Source: Alphaproteobacteria bacterium (GTDB taxonomy: Bacteria > Pseudomonadota > Alphaproteobacteria > Bin95). Taken from it: DNA of 64,000 bases. This document shows positions 29,407 to 37,920 of the stretch, in pieces; position 1 is the stretch's first letter; each line of letters begins with the position of its first letter. The position numbers and the translations under genes were made by a program. The notes below the pieces were generated by a model. The model was not told the DNA's origin. It ran no database searches and was given only the letters and a program-made list of their open reading frames with translations. Location: contig OZ219785.1 in the NCBI GenBank assembly GCA_964291285.2, positions 1,120,001 to 1,184,000 on the forward strand, written 5' to 3'.

Positions 29407-29865
29407 GGCGGAGTCGTTGTCATCCATTCTGTCCCTATATTCTTGCAGAATGTCTTCGTTCGGTATCAAAATTCCCCTTTCATTGGGAACATAGTGTTTC
29501 GCCCAAGCCCCACCTTCCCAATGTGTAATCGCGACAAGACGAGGTGTGCTGTCAGACAAGCTATCGACAACCTCGTCAACCAGAGCCGAGGTTCTCTTGT
29601 CTCTTACCGCAGCCATAAACGGAAATGCATCCGACTCAACCGGACGAGAACCATAGCGCCTTAAGGTGCGGTAAAGCTGGGGATGGACAGGGCCTAAATC
29701 CCATGCCTCAAAATGGCCGGACACAAGAGGTACAAGAGGTGCACCGTGCCGCCCCAGATGGATCATGTGGGCGATATACACGAGCTTTTGAAGCGCTAGA
29801 TGGGTAAGCTGCCAGTCTGACCGCTCACCCATACGCTTCGCCACGGCAAGCGCCGATGTTGTCAA
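29407..29865 (-). CDS. Panacea (SocA/DUF4065, GepA-like) antitoxin domain; stop codon lost to the IS21 end
   Basis: LQKLVYIAH, FEAWDLGPV.P.LY, LVAITH...AW; TTG start after GGAGG. Confidence 0.85.
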
Positions 29866-29909
29866 GATGACCTCCGCTGCCAAAGCAGAATAGCATGATC
29901 TGTCAAGCC

Positions 29910-30101
29910 CTAATAGGGCGAAACGCCGCGCCGCTCGTCGGGCGGCTGCCACTGGCCGGTCAGGAGGCCGTTCCGCTTCGCGTCCTCATAACTCTCGATG
30001 TCCTCATGCCCGACGCGCGGGGAGCGCCAGTGCGCGTCCATGCCGGTCCATCCGACCTTGAACACCTGCCCGCATACGGGGCAGACCTTGTTGCCGCTCA
30101 T
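29910..30101 (-). CDS. 63-aa C2H2-like zinc-finger microprotein
   Basis: CPVCGQVF-x6-MDAH-x7-H; GGGAG RBS. Confidence 0.6.
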   Translation of the reverse strand: MSGNKVCPVCGQVFKVGWTGMDAHWRSPRVGHEDIESYEDAKRNGLLTGQWQPPDERRGVSPY

Positions 30102-30119
30102 GGTGCCGCTCCCGCGTCT

Positions 30120-30443
30120 CTACTCAATGTCGAACACCTCGACCACCTGTAGCTTGAACGCGATCATCTTCCCCCGATTCGCCGCGCCATAGAGAAGCTC
30201 GTTGTCGCCGCTCAGGAACAGGCAGTGAAGCGCGCTTTCCGTCGCCCGGAAGGTGTGCGCCGGAATGGCGAGACGGGGCGACATGAAGCCGGAAAGCGGC
30301 TCTCCTTTGGTGGCGACGGCCCGTGCGAGAAGCGCGAGGCACATGCGGCGGCTGTTACCGTCTTCAGCGGCCAGATAGCCAGGGACGGCCGCTGACAGCA
30401 TGACGGTAATGCAGGCGAGCGCCGCGAAGGTGCCGGGTCTCAT
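30120..30443 (-). CDS. Hypothetical protein with probable signal peptide
   Basis: MRPGTFAALACITVMLSAAVPGYLAA hydrophobic N-terminus; GGAGGG RBS. Confidence 0.5.
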   Translation of the reverse strand: MRPGTFAALACITVMLSAAVPGYLAAEDGNSRRMCLALLARAVATKGEPLSGFMSPRLAIPAHTFRATESALHCLFLSGDNELLYGAANRGKMIAFKLQVVEVFDIE

Positions 30444-30541
30444 GGGCTTCCCCTCCCGGTGTGGAGAGGCTACGCTAGGGAATGCGAGCCATTCTGGCAA
30501 GTATATAATTCCCTTTCCAAGCGGTAAAACAGGGCACTATC

Positions 30542-31147
30542 ATGCACAGAGCGTTCGTCGCCATCTCCACCATTTTTGTACTCGTCTGTTGCGGAGGTAG
30601 TAATGGTAGCGGGCCCTCCTCACCGTCCTCCATGGGACAGCAGTCGGCCACCGAACGCCTTACCGTCGAATACCCCGGCACGCGTTTATGGACCGTGACC
30701 TGCGGCCTTCCGCAGGCGGATAACCCATTTGCCAAGGCCGTGATGTCCGCTCTCGAAAGAGATATTCCTTGGCCTGAAAGCGCGTATGCCGTTGGCCATC
30801 TTCAGGCGAAAATGATCCAGAACCCTCATCCCGAAGGTGGCCTGAGTACTGAACTATGGTTGCTATCGCGCGGCGTCGGCTGGTGGAAGTTGAAGTCGAT
30901 CCGGGTTCATCCGGAGGATATTACAAAGGTGGAGAAGCTTGCGGACAAGATGGACATGCCAATGTCCGATGGTAATGTGAAAGATTTCATGTTCGGAAAT
31001 AGGATTCGGCAGATCATCGAGTCCCCGTTCCTGGCACGACCCGCCATTATAGTAGGCGGAACCGGCGAGGATTCGGTGAATGCGGAGATACTGGCTTTAC
31101 TACCGAATGCCCATCAACTTCGGTGTGTTCCGCAACCCAACGATTAG
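30542..31147 (+). CDS. Hypothetical putative lipoprotein
   Basis: Signal peptide ending LVCC followed by a Gly/Ser linker; lower GC than the host genes. Confidence 0.55.
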   Translation: MHRAFVAISTIFVLVCCGGSNGSGPSSPSSMGQQSATERLTVEYPGTRLWTVTCGLPQADNPFAKAVMSALERDIPWPESAYAVGHLQAKMIQNPHPEGGLSTELWLLSRGVGWWKLKSIRVHPEDITKVEKLADKMDMPMSDGNVKDFMFGNRIRQIIESPFLARPAIIVGGTGEDSVNAEILALLPNAHQLRCVPQPND

Positions 31148-31716
31148 ATTCCATAAAATTCTATATTATCCATGGAAACCTTATAGGGTTGAATTGTCAC
31201 ATTTATCACAAGCCTAACTGCATCCTCCAATCGCTCTATTTCCGGGACAGGTTCCAGCAACATATCGGAGCTGACCGCTACGCCAGTTATCAAACTGTCA
31301 TCTTGTAACAAAACATAAAATGGGTTTGGTATAAGCTTTGATTTGTTTCCCTTCAACTCATTTGAATTCGCCATACGCAAAGCATCAAAAAGCGTCTTGA
31401 GACGATTGTCGATATCCGTCCGGATTTTCCCTGGCCGCCCATTGCGGAGCATCAGGATATCCAATGAACAAATCAACCCGTTGCATTCAGTAGCAATTGG
31501 TTTCCAATTATATCCATTGCAGGAAATGACTTCCCCCCATGTCGTCTCAGGAATCGGAATGGTTGGCGCCGAGGAGTGGCCACGACTCAAGAGTGGGTGT
31601 TCTTCCCAAAGCTTTTCAAGCTGCTTATGGAACTGCCATCGAATGTCATGCACATGTTCTGAGCGCCCTCCCTTGTGTGCGAGCAGTTTTCCCGCGTACG
31701 TCAGTCGGAATTTCAT
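31144..31716 (-). CDS. RusA-like endonuclease-fold protein, AT-rich
   Basis: DIDNRLKTLFDAL...LQDDSLI matches the RusA D.DN..K...DAL / DD pattern. Confidence 0.6.
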   Translation of the reverse strand: MKFRLTYAGKLLAHKGGRSEHVHDIRWQFHKQLEKLWEEHPLLSRGHSSAPTIPIPETTWGEVISCNGYNWKPIATECNGLICSLDILMLRNGRPGKIRTDIDNRLKTLFDALRMANSNELKGNKSKLIPNPFYVLLQDDSLITGVAVSSDMLLEPVPEIERLEDAVRLVINVTIQPYKVSMDNIEFYGI

Positions 31717-31904
31717 CTTACCACCTAACCGTGATTCGTGACTTCGGTATCCTGATATTGCCAATTCGATGCAATCATTCAAGAGTCTGCCGACACTTGG
31801 TTATTTTGAACACAGGGCTTGACGTGGATTGACCAGCTGGTCCCGTGGCTCCTGACACCCTGGCCGGTAACCCTGTTGCGAACGTATGGACGGCCCAACG
31901 TCCA

Positions 31905-32102
31905 TTGCCGGGCGGGTCGGCCACCCCGTATCATGAAAACAGGTGCCGGCCGCGCGGGCGGGACTTCGGGCTTTTATGGGGTTGCCTACCGGTCACGATC
32001 CGCAAGGCGGGCGCCGCAGATGGCGAGTATCGGACGCCTCGGAAGCAGTGCTCTGGTGGGGAAGGTTTTTTTGCGCCAGATCCCCAACCATTTTCACGGC
32101 AA
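31905..32102 (-). repeat. Third, diverged, inverted copy of the 198-bp element
   Basis: Colinear with 22677-22874; 6-bp terminal inverted repeat TTGCCG...CGGCAA. Confidence 0.9.
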
Positions 32103-32122
32103 GGCGGACCAGCGTCTGCTCC

Positions 32123-32150
32123 TTGCATTTCCGGCCAAATTGGCCAGAAT
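32123..32150 (+). promoter_or_regulatory. Putative promoter with overlapping palindromic operator for the phd-hsd operon
   Basis: TTGCAT-16 bp-CAGAAT with palindrome TTCCGGCCAAATTGGCCAGAA (32129-32149). Confidence 0.55.
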
Positions 32151-32175
32151 GAGGAGGGTATCAACAGGATGGCCC

Positions 32176-32361
32176 ATGCAGACCCTGAGCGCCAAGGATG
32201 CGAAGTACGGCTTTGGCCGGTTGATCGATCTGGCCCGCGCTGCACCCGTCGCCGTGGCCAAGCACGGACGGCCTGTCGTTGTCGTGCTCTCCGTTGAAGA
32301 GTACCAGCGGCTGAAGTCGCTGGATGCGCCCGAGGCACCCCCTGCACGGGAGGAACGATGA
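32176..32361 (+). CDS. Phd/YefM family antitoxin-like protein (no cognate toxin adjacent)
   Basis: MQTLSAKDAKYGFGRLIDLAR..PVAVAKHGRPVVVVLSVEEY. Confidence 0.88.
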   Translation: MQTLSAKDAKYGFGRLIDLARAAPVAVAKHGRPVVVVLSVEEYQRLKSLDAPEAPPAREER

Positions 32362-32395
32362 TGAGCGCCATCGGGCTGGCGGGCCGGTGACCGCC

Positions 32396-34801
32396 ATGGA
32401 CAAGCGCGGCCTCTCCGAACGCGATATCTGCACCAAGTTCATTACCCCCGCCCTGCGCCGGGCAGGGTGGGACGAGATGCTCCAGATCCGCGAGGAGGTG
32501 AGCTTCACCAGGGGCCGCATCATCGTTCGGGGAAAACTGGTCACACGGGGGCAGGCGAAGCGCGCCGACTATGTGCTCCATGTCAAGCCCAACATCCCGT
32601 TGGCTGTCATCGAGGCCAAGGACAACACTCACAGCGTCGGCGACGGCATGCAGCAGGCCCTCGACTACGCTGAAACGCTGAACGTTCCCTTCGCCTTCTC
32701 CTCCAACGGCGACGGCTTCGTGTTCCACGACCGTACGGGCGCGAGCACACCGCGCGAAGCGGATCTTGCCCTGGACGGGTTTCCGCCGCCTGCCGACCTT
32801 TGGGCTCGCTACCGGGCCTGGAAAGGGCTTGCCCCGGAGGTCGAGGACATCGTCCTTCAAGACTATCACGACGACGGCAGCGGCAAGACCCCGCACTACT
32901 ACCAGACCAGCGCCGTGAACGCCGCTGTCGAGGCCATCGCCAGGGGGCAGTCGCGCATTCTTCTCGTCATGGCCACCGGCACCGGCAAGACCTACACCGC
33001 CTTCCAGATCATCTGGCGGCTGTGGAAGGCGGGACACAGGAAGCGCATCCTGTTCCTTGCCGACCGCAATGTGCTGGTCGACCAGACGAGGGTGAACGAT
33101 TTTCGCCCGTTCGGCGCCGCGATGGCCAAACTGTCCTCCCAGGCCAAGACCATGCAGCGCGACGCCGGAGGCGCCTTGCGCATTGATACCGCCTACGAGA
33201 TCTACCTCAGCCTCTATCAGGCGATCACCGGCCCCGATGAATACCAGAAGGCTTACCGCGAGTTCTCTCCCGGTTTCTTCGACCTGATCGTCGTCGACGA
33301 ATGCCATCGCGGCAGCGCCGCCGATGATTCGGCCTGGCGCGAGATTCTCGAGTACTTCTCTTCCGCCACCCAGATCGGCCTCACCGCCACGCCGATAGAA
33401 ACAAAATACGCATCCAACATCGCCTGGTTCGGTGAGCCGGTGTTCTCCTACTCGTTGAAGCAGGGCATTCGCGACGGCTTTCTCGCACCCTACAAGGTGG
33501 TCAAGGTTCATATCGACCGCGATGTGGAGGGCTACCGTCCGGAAAAGGGTCAGCTCGACCGCTGCGGCGAGCCGGTCGCGGACCGCATCTATAGCGGCAG
33601 GGACTTCGACCGCACGCTGGTCATCGACGGGCGCACGAAACGGGTGGCGCAGAAGGTCACGCAGTTCCTCAAGGAAAGCGGCGACCGCTTTCAGAAGACC
33701 ATCGTCTTTTGCGTCGATCGGGAACACGCCGCGCGCATGCGTCAGGCCCTTATCAACGAAAACGCCGACATGCTGGACGGCCATCCGCACTATGTCGTGC
33801 GTATCACGGGCGGCGACGCCGAGGGACTGGCCGAACTCGACCGCTTCACCGACCCGGAATCGAAGCATCCCGTGCTCGTCACCACCTCACGACTGCTCTC
33901 CACGGGCGTCGATGTGCAGACCTGCCGGCTGATCGTTCTCGACCGCAATGTCGGTTCGATGACCGAGTTCAAGCAGATTGTCGGCCGTGGCACCCGCGTA
34001 CATGAGGACACGGGCAAGTTCTATTTCACGCTGATCGACTTCCGCGGCGCCACCGGCCATTTTGCCGATCCGGAGTTCGACGGCGAGCCCGTGCAGATCC
34101 ATGAACCCGGGGCGAACGATCCCATCGATCCGCCCGACGCGCCGCCGGGCGATGATGACGGGGATCCGCTTTCCGGCGACGACGAGACGGTCGGCCCCGG
34201 TCCCGGCTTTCCGTCCCCGCCGGGGGGCGGGCCGATAAAGAAGGTCTATGTCGATGGTATCGACGCGACCGTCGTGGCCAAGCGTGTGGAGTATCTCGAC
34301 GAGCACGGCAGGCTCGTGACCGAGTCGTTGCGCGATTTCACCAGAAAGGCCCTGCGCAGGCGTTTTGCGAGCCTCGACAATTTCCTGAGGCGCTGGAATG
34401 CCGCCGAGCGGAAGCAGGCGGTCATCGAGGAGATGGCGGCCGAGGGGCTGCCGATGGATGTGCTGGTCGACGAGTTGGGCAAGGACCTCGATCCCTTCGA
34501 CCTCATCTGCCACATTGCCTTCGGTGCCAAACCGCTGACGCGCCGCGAGCGGGCCGACAAGGTCCGGAAGCGCGATGTGTTCTCGAAATACGGGGAGCGC
34601 GCCCGCGCCGTGCTTGATGCGCTGCTCGACAAATACGCCGACGAGGGCATTCTCAACCTGGACGACGCCAATGTGCTGAGGATTCCGCCTATCGACAGGC
34701 TGGGCACTCCGCTCGAACTGGTCCGGGCATTCGGCGGAAGGTCCGGTTTCGAGCGGGCCGTTCACGACCTTCAGTCCTCTCTCTACAGGGAAGCCGCCTG
34801 A
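32396..34801 (+). CDS. hsdR: Type I restriction enzyme R subunit (EcoAI/EcoEI-like)
   Basis: ADY...VIEAK nuclease motif, ATGTGKT, DECHRG, QIVGRGTR. Confidence 0.95.
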   Translation: MDKRGLSERDICTKFITPALRRAGWDEMLQIREEVSFTRGRIIVRGKLVTRGQAKRADYVLHVKPNIPLAVIEAKDNTHSVGDGMQQALDYAETLNVPFAFSSNGDGFVFHDRTGASTPREADLALDGFPPPADLWARYRAWKGLAPEVEDIVLQDYHDDGSGKTPHYYQTSAVNAAVEAIARGQSRILLVMATGTGKTYTAFQIIWRLWKAGHRKRILFLADRNVLVDQTRVNDFRPFGAAMAKLSSQAKTMQRDAGGALRIDTAYEIYLSLYQAITGPDEYQKAYREFSPGFFDLIVVDECHRGSAADDSAWREILEYFSSATQIGLTATPIETKYASNIAWFGEPVFSYSLKQGIRDGFLAPYKVVKVHIDRDVEGYRPEKGQLDRCGEPVADRIYSGRDFDRTLVIDGRTKRVAQKVTQFLKESGDRFQKTIVFCVDREHAARMRQALINENADMLDGHPHYVVRITGGDAEGLAELDRFTDPESKHPVLVTTSRLLSTGVDVQTCRLIVLDRNVGSMTEFKQIVGRGTRVHEDTGKFYFTLIDFRGATGHFADPEFDGEPVQIHEPGANDPIDPPDAPPGDDDGDPLSGDDETVGPGPGFPSPPGGGPIKKVYVDGIDATVVAKRVEYLDEHGRLVTESLRDFTRKALRRRFASLDNFLRRWNAAERKQAVIEEMAAEGLPMDVLVDELGKDLDPFDLICHIAFGAKPLTRRERADKVRKRDVFSKYGERARAVLDALLDKYADEGILNLDDANVLRIPPIDRLGTPLELVRAFGGRSGFERAVHDLQSSLYREAA

Positions 34802-34803
34802 AC

Positions 34804-36255
34804 ATGGCTGTCAGCCCCCTCGTGAAGTCCATCCAGGACGTCATGCGCCAGGATGTGGGCGTGGATGGCGACGCCCAGCGCATCGGCCAACTCTGCTGGA
34901 TGTTCTTCCTCAAGATCATCGACGATCAGGACCAGGAACTCGAAGAGCTCAGGGAAGGCTATCGCTCGCCCATACCCGCCAACCTGCAATGGCGCGCCTG
35001 GGCCGCCAACCCGGAGGGTGTTACCGGCGAGGAACTCCTCGACTTCGTCAACGGGAAGCTCTTTCCGGCCCTGAAGAATCTCCCGCCGGGGAATGGTCCC
35101 CGCGCCCATGTTGTTCGTGCCGTGTTCGAGGATGCCTGGAACTACATGAAGTCGGGCCAGTTGATGCGTCAGGTCGTCAACAGGATCAACGGCATCGACT
35201 TCAACGATCTGGCCGAACGCCAGCATTTCGGCGACATCTACGAGCAGGTCCTCAACGACCTGCAGTCAGCCGGCAATGCGGGCGAATACTACACGCCGCG
35301 TGCCGTGACCTCCTTCATGACCCGGATGATCGACCCGAAGCCTGGCGAGACGCTGTTCGACCCGGCCTGCGGTACCGGCGGATTCCTCAGCTGCGCGATC
35401 CGCCACATGCGCGAGCGCCATGTCAAGCGCCCCGAGGACGAGGCCCGCATGCAGGCTTCGTTGCGCGCCGTGGAAAAGAAGCCGCTTCCCCACATGCTGG
35501 CGACTACCAACATGCTGTTGCACGGCGTCGAGGATCCGTCCTTCCTGCGCCATGACAACGCACTGGCGCGTCCCTGGATTTCGTGGGGACGGGACGAGCG
35601 TGTGGACATCGTTCTGACCAATCCACCCTTCGGCGGCAAGGAGGAGGACGGCATCGAGTCCAATTTCCCGAAGCACTTCCGGACGCGCGAGACCGCGGAC
35701 CTTTTTCTGGCCCTCATCATCCGGCTGTTGAAACCCGGCGGCCGGGCGGCCGTGGTCCTGCCCGACGGCTCGCTGTTCGGCGAAGGCGTCAAGACCCGGC
35801 TCAAGGAGAACCTGATGAAGGAATGCAACCTGCACACCATCGTCCGGCTGCCGAACTCGGTCTTCCGCCCCTACGCCTCGATCGGGACCAACCTGCTGTT
35901 TTTCGAGAAGGGCGAGCCGACGCAGGAGGTCTGGTTCCGGGAGCATCTTGTGCCCGAGGGGCAGAGAGCCTATTCGATGACGCGTCCCATCCGGCTGGAG
36001 CATCTCGACGATTGCGCCGCCTGGTGGGGCGGACAGGAACGCAAGGGCCGCACCGAGGGTGGGCACGCCTGGAAGGTGAGCGCCGGGGACATTGAGGCGC
36101 GCGGCTACAATCTCGACATCAGGAACCCGCACACGGAGAGTGCCGACCTCGGCGACCCGGAGACGCTGCTCGCAGAGTTGAATGCCGCCGAGGCCGAAGT
36201 CGCATCGTTGCGCGACCGGCTGAAGGACGCCTTGTCGGAAGCGTTGCTGCGATGA
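34804..36255 (+). CDS. hsdM: Type I RM N6-adenine methyltransferase M subunit
   Basis: GEYYTPR, DPACGTGGF motif I, NPPF motif IV. Confidence 0.96.
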   Translation: MAVSPLVKSIQDVMRQDVGVDGDAQRIGQLCWMFFLKIIDDQDQELEELREGYRSPIPANLQWRAWAANPEGVTGEELLDFVNGKLFPALKNLPPGNGPRAHVVRAVFEDAWNYMKSGQLMRQVVNRINGIDFNDLAERQHFGDIYEQVLNDLQSAGNAGEYYTPRAVTSFMTRMIDPKPGETLFDPACGTGGFLSCAIRHMRERHVKRPEDEARMQASLRAVEKKPLPHMLATTNMLLHGVEDPSFLRHDNALARPWISWGRDERVDIVLTNPPFGGKEEDGIESNFPKHFRTRETADLFLALIIRLLKPGGRAAVVLPDGSLFGEGVKTRLKENLMKECNLHTIVRLPNSVFRPYASIGTNLLFFEKGEPTQEVWFREHLVPEGQRAYSMTRPIRLEHLDDCAAWWGGQERKGRTEGGHAWKVSAGDIEARGYNLDIRNPHTESADLGDPETLLAELNAAEAEVASLRDRLKDALSEALLR

Positions 36256-36300
36256 CGCCGGGCAAGGGTATTGTTTGCCGCCTGCGCAGGAGGACTGGCC

Positions 36301-36612
36301 ATGCACGCCGCCATTGCTGACAAGAAAGACAAGTTGGCGGAACTGTGCCGCCGCTACGATGTTGTGCGTCTGGAAGTGTTCGGCTCGGCAGCGCGGGGCG
36401 CGGATTTCGATCCCGCCACAAGCGATGCCGACTTTCTGGTCGAATTCGATCCCGTCAGCAACCTGCGGCCGTTCCACCGGCGTTTCGATCTCGCCGAGGC
36501 ATTGCGGGAGGCGCTTGGCTGTCCTGTCGATCTGCTCGAAACCCGCGCGATCGGCAACCCCTATCTGCGCGCGGCCATCGACAAGTCCCGCGAGCTCGTC
36601 TATGCGCCGTGA
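36301..36612 (+). CDS. MNT minimal nucleotidyltransferase (antitoxin)
   Basis: FGSAARG...SDADFLVEF, VDL, NPYL. Confidence 0.9.
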   Translation: MHAAIADKKDKLAELCRRYDVVRLEVFGSAARGADFDPATSDADFLVEFDPVSNLRPFHRRFDLAEALREALGCPVDLLETRAIGNPYLRAAIDKSRELVYAP

Positions 36613-36958
36613 CCCTCGCGTCCCGCTGTGGGATGTCGAGCAGGCGGGCGCCGATATAGAGCGCTTCATCGAGGACATGGATCGCGATGTCTGGCTTCAG
36701 GATCGGCGGACCCAGGCTGCGGTCGAGCGCAAGTTCGAGATCATCGGCGAAGCGTTGAACCGCTTGCACAAAAGCCATCCCGAACATGCCGAGCAAATCC
36801 CCGACCTGCCCAGAATTATCGGTTTCCGGAACGTCCTGGCCCACGGCTACGACAGCATCGTGCCCGAAGATGTCTGGGACTATGCCCGGAACGATCTGCC
36901 GGCCCTGCGTGTCGTGGTGCAGGCCATGCTGAACGAGCTGGGACCGACGGAGACATGA
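36602..36958 (+). CDS. HEPN (DUF86) RNase toxin
   Basis: AVERKFEIIGEA and RNVLAH (R-x4-H); overlaps both MNT and hsdS. Confidence 0.9.
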   Translation: MRRDPRVPLWDVEQAGADIERFIEDMDRDVWLQDRRTQAAVERKFEIIGEALNRLHKSHPEHAEQIPDLPRIIGFRNVLAHGYDSIVPEDVWDYARNDLPALRVVVQAMLNELGPTET

Positions 36959-37803
36959 ATTCCGCCGAACGTTTGCTTGCTCTCTACGACCGCGTGGCCG
37001 AAGCACCCGAAGCCGTTCCCCGCCTGCGCCGCTTCGTGCTCGATCTCGCAGTGCGAGGGAAGCTTGTGGAGCAAGATCCGGCGGACGAACCAGCATCGGA
37101 ACTGCTGAAGCGGATCGCAGCGGAAAAGGCGCGGCTGGTGAAGGCGGGGGCGATGAGAAAGAAAGCTGCAAATGACCCCGATATTGTTGAAACCCCGTTC
37201 GATCTACCGAAAAGCTGGGTGTGGGTCTCCATCGGCACAGCGTTTCTCTATGACGCAGGCATCAAGCGAGAACCCAAGGCTCTCAATCCGTCCCTCTGGC
37301 TCCTCGAACTCGAAGACATTGAGAAAGATACAGGTCGACTCGTATCGAGGGTGAGAAGCGCGGAGCGTGCCTCGAAAAGCACGAAGTCCGAATTTCAGCC
37401 CGGTGACATCTTGTACGGAAAGCTACGCCCGTACCTGAACAAGGCGCTCGTCGCTGATGAGTTGGGCTACTCCACGACTGAAATCGTTGCGATCCGCCCA
37501 TATCTGCCTCTCTGCTCCGAATACTGCGCTCTTGCTCTGCGCCGTCCCGACTTCGTGGAGTATGTCACGGCGCTTGGACAGGGAACGAAGATGCCGCGGC
37601 TACGTACCAAAGACGCCATTGTTGCGCCATTTCCTCTCCCACCCCTCGCCGAGCAACGTCGCATCGCCGCCAAGGTCGATGAACTCATGGCGCTTTGCGA
37701 CCGGCTTGAAACCAATCTGGAAATCAAGAGAAAAAGCCATCTGCGATACCTCGAGGCACTTGTTCGCGACATGCTGACGGCGAGGTCCAGTTGCGAAACC
37801 TAG
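36955..37803 (+). CDS. hsdS: Type I RM specificity subunit, half-length (one TRD)
   Basis: LDLAVRGKLVEQDP.DEPASELL, PFDLPKSWVW, GDILYGKLRPYLNK, PLPPLAEQRRI; only 282 aa. Confidence 0.9.
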   Translation: MNSAERLLALYDRVAEAPEAVPRLRRFVLDLAVRGKLVEQDPADEPASELLKRIAAEKARLVKAGAMRKKAANDPDIVETPFDLPKSWVWVSIGTAFLYDAGIKREPKALNPSLWLLELEDIEKDTGRLVSRVRSAERASKSTKSEFQPGDILYGKLRPYLNKALVADELGYSTTEIVAIRPYLPLCSEYCALALRRPDFVEYVTALGQGTKMPRLRTKDAIVAPFPLPPLAEQRRIAAKVDELMALCDRLETNLEIKRKSHLRYLEALVRDMLTARSSCET

Positions 37804-37920
37804 ATAAAGATAAAAAACAGCTCAGTAAACAGGATATTGTAGATTGGCTTTGACTCTTTGCGTACCTAGCGACTGAATGTTCTTTCAGGCTTGCCGTTCC
37901 ATCTGATATCCCAATTCTGA

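Noticed and set aside
28501-29952. 483-aa ORF as one real protein
   Set aside because: Chimera of the Panacea gene reading through an IS21 end and the antisense strand of an IS4 remnant
30531-30541. AGGGCACTATC match to the island left end (12409-12419) as another element end
   Set aside because: Match stops before TGAC, no flanking similarity, sits in the RBS region of the next gene; probably chance
37804-37920. AT-rich segment as a gene interrupted by IS5 and IS427
   Set aside because: Rejoined sequence has stops or no recognisable motif; too short to support a call
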